NCBI GenBank assembly: GCA_963713825.1
Contig: CAVQNG010000004.1
Coordinates: 128,001-192,000, forward strand
Source: an uncultured Acidobacteriota bacterium
GTDB taxonomy: Bacteria > Acidobacteriota > Thermoanaerobaculia > Multivoradales > JAHEKO01
Direction of reading: 5' to 3'
DNA: 64,000 nucleotides
Made by a program: the position numbers and the translations under genes. Under the pieces are notes generated by a model that worked only from the letters and a program-made list of their open reading frames with translations, searched no databases and was not told the origin of the DNA. Below, piece after piece: positions 30,434 through 43,084 of the stretch (its first letter is position 1; each line of letters starts with the position of its first letter).

Positions 30434-31180
30434 ATGTCCAAACCCGAATCTGCAGTCCCTCTCGATCGTTCGGCCAAGAGCCGGGGAATCCCCTGGTCCC
30501 TCGTCTCCAAGATCCTTTTGGGGATCCTCGGATTGGCGATTCTCATCCTGATCGGGCGACAGCTCGGCGCCTACATTCCGCAGTTCGCCGAGTGGGTCGA
30601 TACCCTCGGCATCCTGGGACCCATCGTCTTCATCTTCGGCTACGCCCTGGCAACCGTCGCCTTCATTCCCGGATCACTGCTGACTCTCGCCGCGGGGGCG
30701 ATTTTCGGGCTCGGCAGGGGCACGCTGTTCGTCTTTCTCGGGGCTGCTCTGGGCTCGGCCCTGGCCTTCCTGGTGTCCCGATATCTGGCTCGCTCTTCGA
30801 TCGAGCATCGACTCGAGAGCCACCCGCGATTCGCGGCCATAGACAAAGCCGTGGCCAAGGAGGGCAGGAAGATCGTCTTTCTCCTGCGTCTCTCGCCGAT
30901 CTTTCCCTACAACCTACTCAACTACGCCCTCGGTCTGACGAGCGTGAGTTTTCGAGACTACGTGATCGCCTCGTTTGGAATGCTCCCCGGGACCTTTCTC
31001 TACGTTTACTACGGCAAGGCAATCGGTAGCCTGGCGGCCGTGGCTGGAGGCGCGGAGGTGGAAAAGGGCACCGGCTACTGGGTCGTACTCGGAGCCGGTC
31101 TGCTCGCCACTCTGGTCGTGACCACCTTCGTGACGCGCATTGCCAGTCGAGCCTTGGCTCAAGAGGTGCAAAATGACTGA
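30434..31180 (+). CDS. TVP38/TMEM64 (DedA/SNARE-associated) family membrane protein
   Basis: FIPGSLLTLAAGAIFG, LLRLSPIFPYNLLNYALG, MLPGT. Confidence 0.93.
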   Translation: MSKPESAVPLDRSAKSRGIPWSLVSKILLGILGLAILILIGRQLGAYIPQFAEWVDTLGILGPIVFIFGYALATVAFIPGSLLTLAAGAIFGLGRGTLFVFLGAALGSALAFLVSRYLARSSIEHRLESHPRFAAIDKAVAKEGRKIVFLLRLSPIFPYNLLNYALGLTSVSFRDYVIASFGMLPGTFLYVYYGKAIGSLAAVAGGAEVEKGTGYWVVLGAGLLATLVVTTFVTRIASRALAQEVQND

Positions 31181-32723
31181 TTCGAAATCTCCGACTGCGG
31201 TCGATCCTGAGCTGCTGGAGCTGGTGCAGCCGTTCGATATTCACAACCAGACCCTGCTCGACAACGTCCATCCTCCAGACTGGATCAATCCCGAACCGCA
31301 GGATCGGTATCACCTGGTCGTCCTCGGCGCCGGTACTGCCGGCCTCGTTTCAGCGGCGGGAGCGGCCGGGCTCGGAGCGCGCGTGGCTCTCATCGAGCGT
31401 CGCCTCATGGGGGGCGACTGCCTCAACTACGGTTGCGTGCCATCGAAGGCCATGATCAGCGCCGCTCGGTCCTGGCACGAAGCTCGGACCTCCGCCGCCA
31501 GGTTCGGTGGACCAAGAGCTGAAGGTGACGGCAACTTCGGGGCTGTCATGGAGCGCATGCGAGACCTACGGGCCGGCATCAGTCACCACGACAGCGCCAG
31601 CCGATTTTGCGACCTGGGCATCGACGTATTTCTCGGCGAAGGTCACTTCGTCTCCGGTGACGCCATTGAAGTCGAAGGAAGTCGACTTCGGTTCCGCAAG
31701 GCCATCATCGCCACAGGGGCCAGGCCCTTTGTTCCTCCGATTCCTGGTTCCGACAATGAGCTCGTACTCACCAATGAAACGGTCTTTTCGCTGACCGAGA
31801 TCCCGCCCCGCCTCGGAGTCATCGGAGGCGGACCGATCGGCTGTGAGATCGCCCAGACGTTCGCTCGACTCGGAAGCCAAGTCTGCCTCTTCGAAATGGC
31901 GCCCCACGTTCTGGTCCGCGAAGATGGTGACGCTGCTGCGATCGTTCAGCAGGCCATGGTCCGCGACGGAGTCGATCTCCAGGTGGAAGCTCGAGTCCTT
32001 GAGGTCGAAGTCACCCAGGATGAAAAGGCCATTCACTTCGAGCGCGGCGGCGAGACGGCTCGGTTTGGCGTCGACGAAGTGCTGATGGCGATCGGCCGAG
32101 CCCCCAATGTCGAGGGCATCGGGCTCGAGGCTGCGGGCGTCGAATTCGGACGAACCGGAGTGCAGGTCGACGATCGACTTCGGACCACCAACAAGAGAGT
32201 CTTCGCGGTCGGCGACGTAGCCTCCCAGTTCAAGTTCACCCATGCGGCGGATGCGCTGGCCCGAATCGCCATTCAGAACTCGCTCTTCTTCGGTCGCGCC
32301 AAGGCCAGCGACCTGGTGATTCCCTGGTGCACCTACACCAGTCCCGAGCTCGCTCATGTCGGCTTGAGCCCAGAGAATGCCGAGGAAAAAGGCATTCCGG
32401 TCGAAGTACTGACTGTGCCTCTCGACCAGGTCGATCGAGCGGTTCTGGACGGCACCGATGCGGGTTTTCTTCGCCTGGTCATCAAGAAAGGCAAGGACCG
32501 TATTTTGGGCGCCACTCTGGTAGCAGATCATGCCGGCGAGCTCCTGGGTGAGCTCACACTCGCGGTCAAGGCCGGAGTCGGACTCAACACGATCGCCAGT
32601 ACGATCCACGCCTATCCAACACAGTCGGAAGTTCTGAAGAAAGCGGCCGACACGTGGCGTCGGGGCAAGCTTACTCCGATGGTTCAGAAAATCTTCGCCG
32701 GATTCTTCAAGCTCTTCTCCTAG
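31173..32723 (+). CDS. Mercuric-reductase-like FAD-dependent disulfide oxidoreductase
   Basis: GAGTAG, GGDCLNYGCVPSK, GGGPIG, HAYPT; lacks the C-terminal CC of MerA. Confidence 0.9.
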   Translation: MTDSKSPTAVDPELLELVQPFDIHNQTLLDNVHPPDWINPEPQDRYHLVVLGAGTAGLVSAAGAAGLGARVALIERRLMGGDCLNYGCVPSKAMISAARSWHEARTSAARFGGPRAEGDGNFGAVMERMRDLRAGISHHDSASRFCDLGIDVFLGEGHFVSGDAIEVEGSRLRFRKAIIATGARPFVPPIPGSDNELVLTNETVFSLTEIPPRLGVIGGGPIGCEIAQTFARLGSQVCLFEMAPHVLVREDGDAAAIVQQAMVRDGVDLQVEARVLEVEVTQDEKAIHFERGGETARFGVDEVLMAIGRAPNVEGIGLEAAGVEFGRTGVQVDDRLRTTNKRVFAVGDVASQFKFTHAADALARIAIQNSLFFGRAKASDLVIPWCTYTSPELAHVGLSPENAEEKGIPVEVLTVPLDQVDRAVLDGTDAGFLRLVIKKGKDRILGATLVADHAGELLGELTLAVKAGVGLNTIASTIHAYPTQSEVLKKAADTWRRGKLTPMVQKIFAGFFKLFS

Positions 32724-32800
32724 ATCCCTGGGGGGTTTGCCAACCCTGAACGCCGGTCAGGTTCGACTCCTGACCTCTTGGTTCGATAAACTCCGCCCTG

Positions 32801-34465
32801 ATGTTCCGGCTGCATATTGTTCCAGCTCATGGGGACCCGTTCGACCAGGCCCTGGAGGGAGACTCCCTGATTGTCGGGCGATCTTCCGCTGCCGAGCTGG
32901 TTCTCGCCGACCGATTCCTGTCACGCAAACATGCCCGCCTCTTTCAGGCCAACGGTTCCTGGATGGTCGAGGACCTCGGTTCTCGCAATGGGACTCTCAT
33001 CAACGGCGTCAGGATCGAGGAACCCACCAAGCTCAAAGCGGACGACGAGATACGACTCTCGGGCAGCGTCATCATGGTGCGCTCGGGTGACAAGAAGGAT
33101 GAGAGAGTCGTCACCAGCGCGGCCAAACACGACACCGCACAGACGGTTTTTCGGCGCGCCTCGGACCTCATCAGCCGTCATTCCTCGGACGCTCCTGGAG
33201 GACTGACCACACCGGAAGCGCTGCGCAGACAGACCGAGCGCCTGCGCCTGCTCAACGACATTCACCGTGCTCTGGGGCAGTCTCTCGAGTTGGACGAGCT
33301 ACTCGAGATGATCCTCCTGCGAGCGTTCGAGCAGCTGGAGCCCGAGGAGGGAGTCATCATCCTCAAGGACGGCGAAGGCGGATACCGTAGGGCCGCTCGT
33401 CGAACGGCGCCGGGCGTGGACACCAACTACGTCTTTTCCGAAACGCTGATTACAGAAGTTGCCGAAAAAGGCATGGCAGCGCTCGTTCTGGATGTCGAGA
33501 CTGACTCGCGATTCGGCAACGCGCAGAGCATCCTGAGCTCCGGCATCCGCAGTCTGGTGGCAGCACCGTTTCTCGATGCCGAGGGCTCGCAGGGCATGAT
33601 CGCCCTGAATTCCCGCTACCACAAGCGCCAGTTCGACGAGGACGACATGGAGCTGCTGGTATCCCTGGCTTCTGTCGCGGCACTGAGAATTCGCAACGTC
33701 GCGCTGGCCGAGGAGGCTGCGGAGCGACGCCGACTCGAAGAGGAGCTCAAGCTGGCCCGTCAGATCCAGGTTGCCCTGCTGCCGAGCCAGCTCCCCAAGG
33801 TGGAGGGCTACGAGCTTTGGGGCGGCAACGTTCCTTCGCGAGGCGTATCGGGCGACTACTTCAAGATCGAAGAGCGCAATGATGGTACCGAGCTGGTCTT
33901 CGTCATTGCCGACGTTTCGGGCAAGGGCATCGCGGCCTCTCTTTTGACCGCTTCTCTCGAAGCCCTGTCCGCGGGCCCCATCGAAGTCGGCCAGGATCCA
34001 GCGGAGATCTGCACGAAGGTCGGACGTCGTCTGTACCAGCGGACTCCTCCTGCCAAGTACGCGACGATGATCCTGGCCATTCTCGATCAAGCGACCGGCA
34101 AGCTTCGCTACACCAATGGAGGCCATAATCCGGCGTTGGTGGTGCGTATCAACGGCGAGCACGAAGAGCTCAGTCCCACCGGCATGCCCGTGGGACTGAT
34201 GCCCAGTGCCGAGTACACCCAAGACTCTGTTGACCTCGGCCCTGGGGATCTGTTGATTCTCTACACCGACGGAATCACGGAAGCGGCCAACCCGCAAGAC
34301 GATGAGTACGGTATCGAGAGACTCGCCGCAGTCTGTAGTCAGAATCGCGAGGCTAGCCTGGACGATCTGGCAGCCGCTATCGAGCAGAATCTCGACGATT
34401 TCACCCAGGGAGTGCCCTACGCAGACGATCGCACGTTCGTGCTCACTCGGCGTGTGAGCGTCTGA
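32801..34465 (+). CDS. FHA-GAF-SpoIIE (PP2C) protein phosphatase
   Basis: FHA GR...SRKHA...DLGSRNGT; GAF; ARQIQ, SGDYF, DVSGKG, YTDGITEA, DDRT. Confidence 0.93.
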   Translation: MFRLHIVPAHGDPFDQALEGDSLIVGRSSAAELVLADRFLSRKHARLFQANGSWMVEDLGSRNGTLINGVRIEEPTKLKADDEIRLSGSVIMVRSGDKKDERVVTSAAKHDTAQTVFRRASDLISRHSSDAPGGLTTPEALRRQTERLRLLNDIHRALGQSLELDELLEMILLRAFEQLEPEEGVIILKDGEGGYRRAARRTAPGVDTNYVFSETLITEVAEKGMAALVLDVETDSRFGNAQSILSSGIRSLVAAPFLDAEGSQGMIALNSRYHKRQFDEDDMELLVSLASVAALRIRNVALAEEAAERRRLEEELKLARQIQVALLPSQLPKVEGYELWGGNVPSRGVSGDYFKIEERNDGTELVFVIADVSGKGIAASLLTASLEALSAGPIEVGQDPAEICTKVGRRLYQRTPPAKYATMILAILDQATGKLRYTNGGHNPALVVRINGEHEELSPTGMPVGLMPSAEYTQDSVDLGPGDLLILYTDGITEAANPQDDEYGIERLAAVCSQNREASLDDLAAAIEQNLDDFTQGVPYADDRTFVLTRRVSV

Positions 34466-35017
34466 GAGTCACCCCGGACTCGACCTATCGGATCTCGTCA
34501 ATATCTTCCCCACCCTCGTGGGTGGGCTTGAAGACCACCTCATCATGTGGTGCGGCCATGCCCGCCACAACGATATAAAACACCTGATACCTGCGGTTTC
34601 TCCGGCCTCCGGGTCGAGGGGTAGCAAGCTGCCTCTCGGCAGCCGACACCTGCATGCCCGGCATCGGTCGGAAGGTAGCCTCGTGCCGATGGAAAGCCGG
34701 AAACGGGATTCACCCCATCGAAGGGCCGTCACGGCTTCGGCCGCGCCCATCGGGCGTCACCTCATGGACACCTTGGCGCAGCGCTATCAGGCCTGCTCCA
34801 TTGCCACGCTCTCCGGCACCCATCCAATTGAAGAGAGCTGCGAATCCATCTTCGGAGCCAAGCGTGAAGTTGGGAAATGAGGAACGGGAACCGCACGCAA
34901 ACGCCTCTCTCCACCACTGAAGTCACATCCAAAAATCAATTCAGTTATTGCTATTCACGCATAAGAGTTTGGTCCCAGACCGCAGAGTCTCACTGCATTC
35001 TCGACAGGAGGAAGAAC

Positions 35018-36352
35018 ATGCAGAAGAGTCGAAAAACAACGTCAAGCCATATTGGATGGACGATCGCGACCCTGGCTGTCTTGGCCGTTCTGATCCCGCA
35101 GGCCGCCTCGGCCTGGTGGTGGATCCAGCCGGAGTACGAGGTCAAGCTGAATGTCATCGGTGCTTCCGTGTTCCCATTCAGGTCCGACGACCCGGCCGAT
35201 TTCTGGATGGTCAGCACCTCCGGCTGGCCCCTGACCATGTTCCTGAGGGCCGATCACGAGTACCTGGGGATCGGCACACCCTATGGCTACCCCTACTATC
35301 CGGCAATGAACACGCCTCTGCCCTTCCCACTGGTCTTCGGCGACGAGGAACTTCCGTACGGGCCCGACGGCTGCCCTTCATGGAACGACCCGGCAGCGAT
35401 CTTCGCCGAAGGCTGTGACTACATGCCTCCTCCGTGGCCGGTCGACGAGACGACTCTGCCCTTCCTTCCTGGGTTCACGGTTCCAGAGGTCTGCTGTCTG
35501 GATATGCCCAATTGCTGCGCCGGGGACTACTGTCTCTCGGACGTACCTATCTGCAACTGCGGGCCGACATCAGTGATCTGCGAAACTCCACCCAGTCAGG
35601 TCCTGACTACACAGATGGATCCCGGTGGCACTTTTCAGGACTGGTACGAGTACGTCGGCCCACGGCTGGGGACAGATTCCGACAAATACTCCTACGGCAG
35701 CAACCCACGGCTCGAGGGGCTCGTCATTACGGCTGATGTGGGGCCCGGCATCGAGACCGACGAGAATTTCAACCGCACCGGTCGCTGCCGCAATCTGGCC
35801 GGTTTCACCCAATCGGTCAGCTACGTGCTGTCGGACAAGTTCTACAACACTTCAGTCGTCGCCCAGATGAATGTACCAGCATGGCTGTTTTCCCCAGTTG
35901 TGGTGGCCGACAACAATGTAACTGCCGACTGTGACGGCGACCCGACCAACCTTGGCGACAGCCTGCTGCGTATCGACGGACTGCCCTGGGACGATCCCAA
36001 CGATTTCGATGGCGGTACTCCGCTCTACACCACCTACTGCTCGCCCATTACCCACGCCTTCATGATCTCGTTGACCCGAGACATGCTCGTTACCACCCGA
36101 GTGTTCGTGGTGCAGGTCGACGAGAATGGTGAAGGGCCGGACTTCCTGGAGGACCTGAATGGAGACGGCTCCTGTGATGCCGCCGATGCGGAAGGCCAGG
36201 GATGGCGTCTGCTCTCCAAAGAAGAGGTCATTCGATTCACTCAGGCCCACGAGGAGGAGTTGCCGTTTCAGTTCGACTTCGACGGCAACGGCAATCCGGG
36301 AAACCCAGTATTGCCTGGTGGCACTGGAGGATTGACCCGGCCGCCGCGCTAG
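35018..36352 (+). CDS. Secreted Cys/Pro/Asp-rich hypothetical protein
   Basis: RBS AGGAGG; signal peptide ending ASA; Cys cluster; DLNGDG and DFDGNG motifs. Confidence 0.8.
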   Translation: MQKSRKTTSSHIGWTIATLAVLAVLIPQAASAWWWIQPEYEVKLNVIGASVFPFRSDDPADFWMVSTSGWPLTMFLRADHEYLGIGTPYGYPYYPAMNTPLPFPLVFGDEELPYGPDGCPSWNDPAAIFAEGCDYMPPPWPVDETTLPFLPGFTVPEVCCLDMPNCCAGDYCLSDVPICNCGPTSVICETPPSQVLTTQMDPGGTFQDWYEYVGPRLGTDSDKYSYGSNPRLEGLVITADVGPGIETDENFNRTGRCRNLAGFTQSVSYVLSDKFYNTSVVAQMNVPAWLFSPVVVADNNVTADCDGDPTNLGDSLLRIDGLPWDDPNDFDGGTPLYTTYCSPITHAFMISLTRDMLVTTRVFVVQVDENGEGPDFLEDLNGDGSCDAADAEGQGWRLLSKEEVIRFTQAHEEELPFQFDFDGNGNPGNPVLPGGTGGLTRPPR

Positions 36353-36380
36353 AACGAACGCGATCGATTCCTGAATCGAC

Positions 36381-39300
36381 TCAATTCCCGGCCTGGGCGA
36401 GCTCGCGAGCTCGTACCAGGTCGGGGAGTTTCGGGTCGGCCCCGGACCAGAGCTCCAGAACCTCTCGAGCAGCTGCGGCAGCCTCGGCCGGACGCGCCAT
36501 GGCCAGCTGCACTTCCGCCAGCAGAAGCAGCGCCCGACGCCGATCGAGGTCGAGGTCCAGCCTCGGATCGGCCGGATCTCTCTCGGTGGCGGCCTGTCGA
36601 GCGGTCGCCATGGCCTCCTGAAGCCTGCCGGCCGAGAGGTAGGCACGCGCCAACTCGAGCCGATAGACGCTGTAGTCGTAGCCCTCCAGCGCCACAGCTG
36701 TTGTCAACTCGGCGATGGCCTCTGCGGTCCTTCCCTGCTCCAACGAGGCCGATCCCCTGAGAAATGCCGCTGCTCTGTCCTCGGTTCGATCCGGGTCATC
36801 AGCCGGAAGCGCCCCTGCTAGGATCCCGAGAGCTGTCGCTTCGAGGCTCGAGAACTCGCCTTCCCGTAGCTCGAGCAGGCCCCGAGCGAACAGATAGCGC
36901 GTGGGTACTCCAGGGGAGACCTCGATCGACTGGTCGATGAGCCGACGGGCACGGCCAGTCTCACCAACCTCCATCCAACAGGTACCTCGAGTCGACAACG
37001 ACATGGCCTGGCGAATCTGCTCGGCCGCGATGGAGCCCTCGAGCGACTGCAGGATCTCGTCGGCTTCGCGGAACCTCTGCTCACTTCGCAGGATGGAAGC
37101 CAGCTCGAACCCACCGTCGATACGGTTGCGCGGTGGAGCCTCCTCGTTCTCCACCAGCGCCTGGAGCCTCTCGCGGGCCTCCGAGCTTCTGCCGCTCAGA
37201 AACTCGACAACGGCGAGACTCACGGTCGAGTAGTGAAACTCCGCATCGATCTCCAGAGCCTTGGAGTACTCCAATACGGCAAGGTCGAGCTCACCCTGAG
37301 CTCGATAGGCATCGGCGAGAAGATGGTGGCTGTTGGGGCTGTCGGGTTGCAGCCGAACATACTCCTGCAGCTCCGTGATGGCCAGGCTCAGCTCACCCAG
37401 GTTCAGGTGAGCTTCGCCGAGCATGCTCCAAATCGAAGCGATTCCTGGCTCGAGCTCCGCCAACACCTCGAGCTCTTCGATCTCCTCCTGGTAACGGTCC
37501 ATGGATGATAGCGCATGGGCCAGGAAGTACCTCGCTTCTGTCTCGTAGGGGAAATCCTCCAGGAGCTTGCGGTACTCTTCCTCAGCCTCACCGTAGCGCC
37601 GACCGATGTACGCTTCTCCAGCTCGGATGTATCTCGCCTCCCGCTCAGGCAGCCCGTCCGCCTCGGTCACGGCCAGTTGAATCAGTCCCAACGCTTCATC
37701 GGTTCGACCCGTCTCAGCCAGAGCGAAGGCCAGTCGATACCGAGCCATGGTGAACTCGGGCGCCAGCTCGAGCGCTCTTTCCAGCGCGTTCTCCGCCGCG
37801 TCATATCGATACTCGGACAGAGCGCTGAGCCCCTTGTCATAGAACTCGTAGGCCTCAGGATTGCTGGCCGCAAAGTCAGCCGAGTAGATATCCACTGATT
37901 CTGCCGGCGGTATCTCCAGACCCCTACGGGCCGCAGAAGCGAGCTTTTCGGAGCCCCAGATGAGCTCCTTGGAGCCCAAAGCCTCCAGGCGCTCTGAAGC
38001 GAGCTCGCGCTCCTCGGCCGTGTCGGTGAGCCTCCCGGTTACGACATAGCCCTCGCCGCCAGGAAGGATCTCTCCACTGAACAGATAGGCGATGCCCTCC
38101 CCGGCCGCATCGGCCGCAGAGAGCTGCCCATCGTTGCCTTTCAGGAGAGCGCTCATTCGATCCATGGAGACGACCCGCACGTGCCGAGACTGGGCCAGGT
38201 TGTCACTGACCAGGCGGGCCAGGCCCTGACCAAACCAGTCGAGCTCGTCGTTGCCGGTGAGGTTCTCGAGAGGAAGGACACCCACTGCGGGGACATCGGC
38301 GATCTCACTTGCAGCACCAACGGTCTCGACCGCAGGACCGCCTTCTCCAACCTCCCCTGGAGTGCGACTCCTCCAAAACCATGCTCCGAGCACCAGCAAG
38401 AGAACGGCGAGAGCAGCTGCGGCCGCAGCACCGACTTTCTTTCGATGGCGGCGCACTTCCAGGGCGAGAGACGTCTCCACACGCTTCGCTTCCAGATCAG
38501 CCAGGATCTCGCCTGCATCCGCGTATCGGAGCGCTGGATCCCTCTCCAGACATCTGTCCAGAATCTTGTGCAAGTAGTCGGGAATGTCGGGGTTGAGCTC
38601 CGAGGCCGGCCGCGGGTCACGCTGGACCCGCCGCATCATGATCTCGAAGCTCGACTCGCCCGTGAACGGCAGCTCGCCTGTGAGCATCTCGTAGAGCATC
38701 ACTCCCAGGGCGTAGACATCGGTGCCCGCATCCACCGCGTTGCCCTTCACCTGCTCGGGTGACATGTAGTGGGGCGTGCCCATGATGCTGCCGGTCTGGG
38801 TCAGAGCGCTGAGCTGTATGGATCTGGCCAGGCCGAAGTCGGTCACGAACGCGATGCCGTCCGGCGTCATCATGACGTTCTCGGGCTTCATGTCCCGATG
38901 AATGACTGTCTTGGCGTGCGCCGCAGCCAGCGCACCACAGAGCTGTCTGAAGATCTTCAGTGTTGCGTCGAGCGAAAGCCTGCCGCTCCGCCTGAGAAAC
39001 CCCGCCAGGTCCTCTCCTTCCACATACTGCATGGTGAGGAACTTCTTCCCCGCCGCTTCCCCGAGGTCGAAGACCCGCAGGACATTGGGATGCGTGACCT
39101 CGCTGGACAACTGGATCTCACGCTTGAACCGCTTCAGGACTTCGGGTTGATTGGCGAGCTCCGGACGGATCTCCTTTAGGGCCACCTCCCGATTCAGCTC
39201 CAGATCCCGTGCCAGATACACCGCCCCCATCCCGCCCTTGCCGAGAAGCCGGCGTGTCTCGTACCGTGCGCCGAAGGAGGGAAGAGAGGTCTCGGCGACC

Positions 39301-39500
39301 GCCGTGTCCTGTTCGGCATCGAACAGCGTTTCAGATGTGGCGTCATCGACCGGCGCGAGCTCGGTCTCGATCTGGCTGGGAGGCTTCTCCTCTGAACTCA
39401 AGGGAAGTGTCGGCAGCGACGTTTCGATCAGACGGCTGGAGCATTGGGAGCAGGAGACAGCCCCTTCGGGATTCCGGGTTCCGCAACTTGGACACTCCAT
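36381..39500 (-). CDS. Membrane Hanks-type Ser/Thr kinase with N-terminal Zn ribbon and C-terminal TPR array
   Basis: CPSC..CSQC; LGKGGMGAVY, HRDMKPEN, DFG, GTPHYMSPE; TM; TolB-N-like segment and many TPRs. Confidence 0.95.
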   Translation of the reverse strand: MECPSCGTRNPEGAVSCSQCSSRLIETSLPTLPLSSEEKPPSQIETELAPVDDATSETLFDAEQDTAVAETSLPSFGARYETRRLLGKGGMGAVYLARDLELNREVALKEIRPELANQPEVLKRFKREIQLSSEVTHPNVLRVFDLGEAAGKKFLTMQYVEGEDLAGFLRRSGRLSLDATLKIFRQLCGALAAAHAKTVIHRDMKPENVMMTPDGIAFVTDFGLARSIQLSALTQTGSIMGTPHYMSPEQVKGNAVDAGTDVYALGVMLYEMLTGELPFTGESSFEIMMRRVQRDPRPASELNPDIPDYLHKILDRCLERDPALRYADAGEILADLEAKRVETSLALEVRRHRKKVGAAAAAALAVLLLVLGAWFWRSRTPGEVGEGGPAVETVGAASEIADVPAVGVLPLENLTGNDELDWFGQGLARLVSDNLAQSRHVRVVSMDRMSALLKGNDGQLSAADAAGEGIAYLFSGEILPGGEGYVVTGRLTDTAEERELASERLEALGSKELIWGSEKLASAARRGLEIPPAESVDIYSADFAASNPEAYEFYDKGLSALSEYRYDAAENALERALELAPEFTMARYRLAFALAETGRTDEALGLIQLAVTEADGLPEREARYIRAGEAYIGRRYGEAEEEYRKLLEDFPYETEARYFLAHALSSMDRYQEEIEELEVLAELEPGIASIWSMLGEAHLNLGELSLAITELQEYVRLQPDSPNSHHLLADAYRAQGELDLAVLEYSKALEIDAEFHYSTVSLAVVEFLSGRSSEARERLQALVENEEAPPRNRIDGGFELASILRSEQRFREADEILQSLEGSIAAEQIRQAMSLSTRGTCWMEVGETGRARRLIDQSIEVSPGVPTRYLFARGLLELREGEFSSLEATALGILAGALPADDPDRTEDRAAAFLRGSASLEQGRTAEAIAELTTAVALEGYDYSVYRLELARAYLSAGRLQEAMATARQAATERDPADPRLDLDLDRRRALLLLAEVQLAMARPAEAAAAAREVLELWSGADPKLPDLVRARELAQAGN

Positions 39501-39518
39501 CTGACCTTGCCCCGGTGA

Positions 39519-40279
39519 CTAGCCGTTGCCTGAGCCCCCTGAGCCGGAGAACGACCCCTTCAAGTAATCCCGGTTCATGCGGGCGATGAACTCGATCGAG
39601 ATTCCCTTGGGGCAGGCGGCCTCGCACTCCTGGAAGTTGGTGCAGCTGCCGAAGTACGACTCCATCTCGTCCACCATCCTCTGGACTCTTCGGTACCGCT
39701 CCGGCTGTCCCTGCGGCAGGAGTGCCAAATGGGAGACCTTGGCGGCAGTGAACAGTTGTGCGGCACCGTTGGGACACTGCGCCACACACGCACCACAACC
39801 GATGCACTCGGCGGCATCCATGGCCTTGTCGGCGATCGGCTTGGCAATTGGGATCAGGTTGGCTTCAGGTGCGCTGCCGGTATTGACGGAGATGAAACCA
39901 CCGGCCTGAACGATCTTGTCGAAGGGAGCGCGATCTACGACCAGGTCCTTGATGACCGGAAATGCCTTCGATCTCCAGGGCTCGACGCGAATCGTGTCGC
40001 CATCCCGGAACTTGCGCATGTGCAGCTGGCAAGTCGCAGTCCCTTTCTCGGGACCATGGGCCTTACCGTTGATCATCACACCGCAGGAACCGCAAATGCC
40101 CTCACGACAGTCGTGCTCGAAGGCGATCGGTTCCTCGCCCTTCTCCGAGAGCCGCTCATTGAGCACGTCCAGCAACTCGAGGAACGACATGTCCGGGCTG
40201 GCATCCGGCACGGAGTAGGTGACGAAGCCACCCTTAGCGTCGCAGTTCTTCTGGCGCCAGACATCGAGTGTCAGTTTCA

Positions 40280-40280
<1 letters not shown>
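39519..40280 (-). CDS. sdhB: Succinate dehydrogenase/fumarate reductase iron-sulfur subunit
   Basis: [32 protein letters not shown]. Confidence 0.96.
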
Positions 40281-42202
<1,922 letters not shown>

Positions 42203-42207
42203 CTCTC

Positions 42208-42891
42208 CTACTTCACCAGGCCGGCCAGGACAGCCAGGGGAAAGGACAGGTTACCGATGGTGATAACCCAGGCGAAAACCTGGGCAAACCGGCGGCGCCA
42301 GTCCTGCGGTTGCGATGAGTTCCACCAGCCAAGGGACTGAAACATGCTCCACAGGCCATGGTAGAGGTGAAAGCCCAGCGCAATCTGGGCCACGATGTAG
42401 ATCCCGCTGACCCACCAGACCTGAAAGCCGGACACGACGTTGTGATAGACGTCGCCCGGGATGAAATCGGAATGCGACCAGCCGAAGGTCAGGTGCGCCA
42501 GGTGATACACGACGTAGAGGCCGATGATGACTCCACCCCAACGCACGGTTCGCGAGGCATAGGTGGCTTCGAGGACCTCTCTTTGTCGATATTTCTGCGG
42601 TCGAGCCCGCCAGTTTGAAAGCGTCAATTGCGTCGCAGTGAGTACATGGATCCCGACCGCGGCCAGCAGAACGAGTCGGGCGATCCACAGGACTCCCGAG
42701 TGCGGCAGCGCGGGGCTTCCCACATCTCGCAACCACTCGGCATAGGCGTTCAGCTTCTCAGGACCCTGATAGAGCTTCAGATTGCCGAGCATGTGAACGA
42801 GCACGAAGCCGAACAGCACGATTCCGCTGGCCGCCATCAGCGCCTTCTTCCCCACAGCCGAACGGTAGAAGTTCGACAAGCCGGACATCAT
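42208..42891 (-). CDS. sdhC: Succinate dehydrogenase cytochrome b subunit
   Basis: [14 protein letters not shown], five TM with heme His, HLYHG. Confidence 0.93.
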   Translation of the reverse strand: MMSGLSNFYRSAVGKKALMAASGIVLFGFVLVHMLGNLKLYQGPEKLNAYAEWLRDVGSPALPHSGVLWIARLVLLAAVGIHVLTATQLTLSNWRARPQKYRQREVLEATYASRTVRWGGVIIGLYVVYHLAHLTFGWSHSDFIPGDVYHNVVSGFQVWWVSGIYIVAQIALGFHLYHGLWSMFQSLGWWNSSQPQDWRRRFAQVFAWVITIGNLSFPLAVLAGLVK

Positions 42892-43084
42892 CTCTCCTCT
42901 CACCAACAGATCAGCGGCCCAAACCAAGACCGGGATTCTGCTGGTCCTCTGATCGACAAGAGCATCGTTTGCAGGTGCTTACAGGCTCCTTTGCTAGGTG
43001 CCCTATCTTACGCTGACCGCAGGGTGCCCGGAAGGGGCATCCGCGTGGGTTTCAGTGGGGATTGGGGCCAAACTCGGCCCACGA

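Noticed and set aside
31173-32723. Possible merA mercury resistance gene
   Set aside because: No N-terminal HMA domain, no C-terminal Cys-Cys pair, no mer genes; keeps the LpdA-like HAYPT motif
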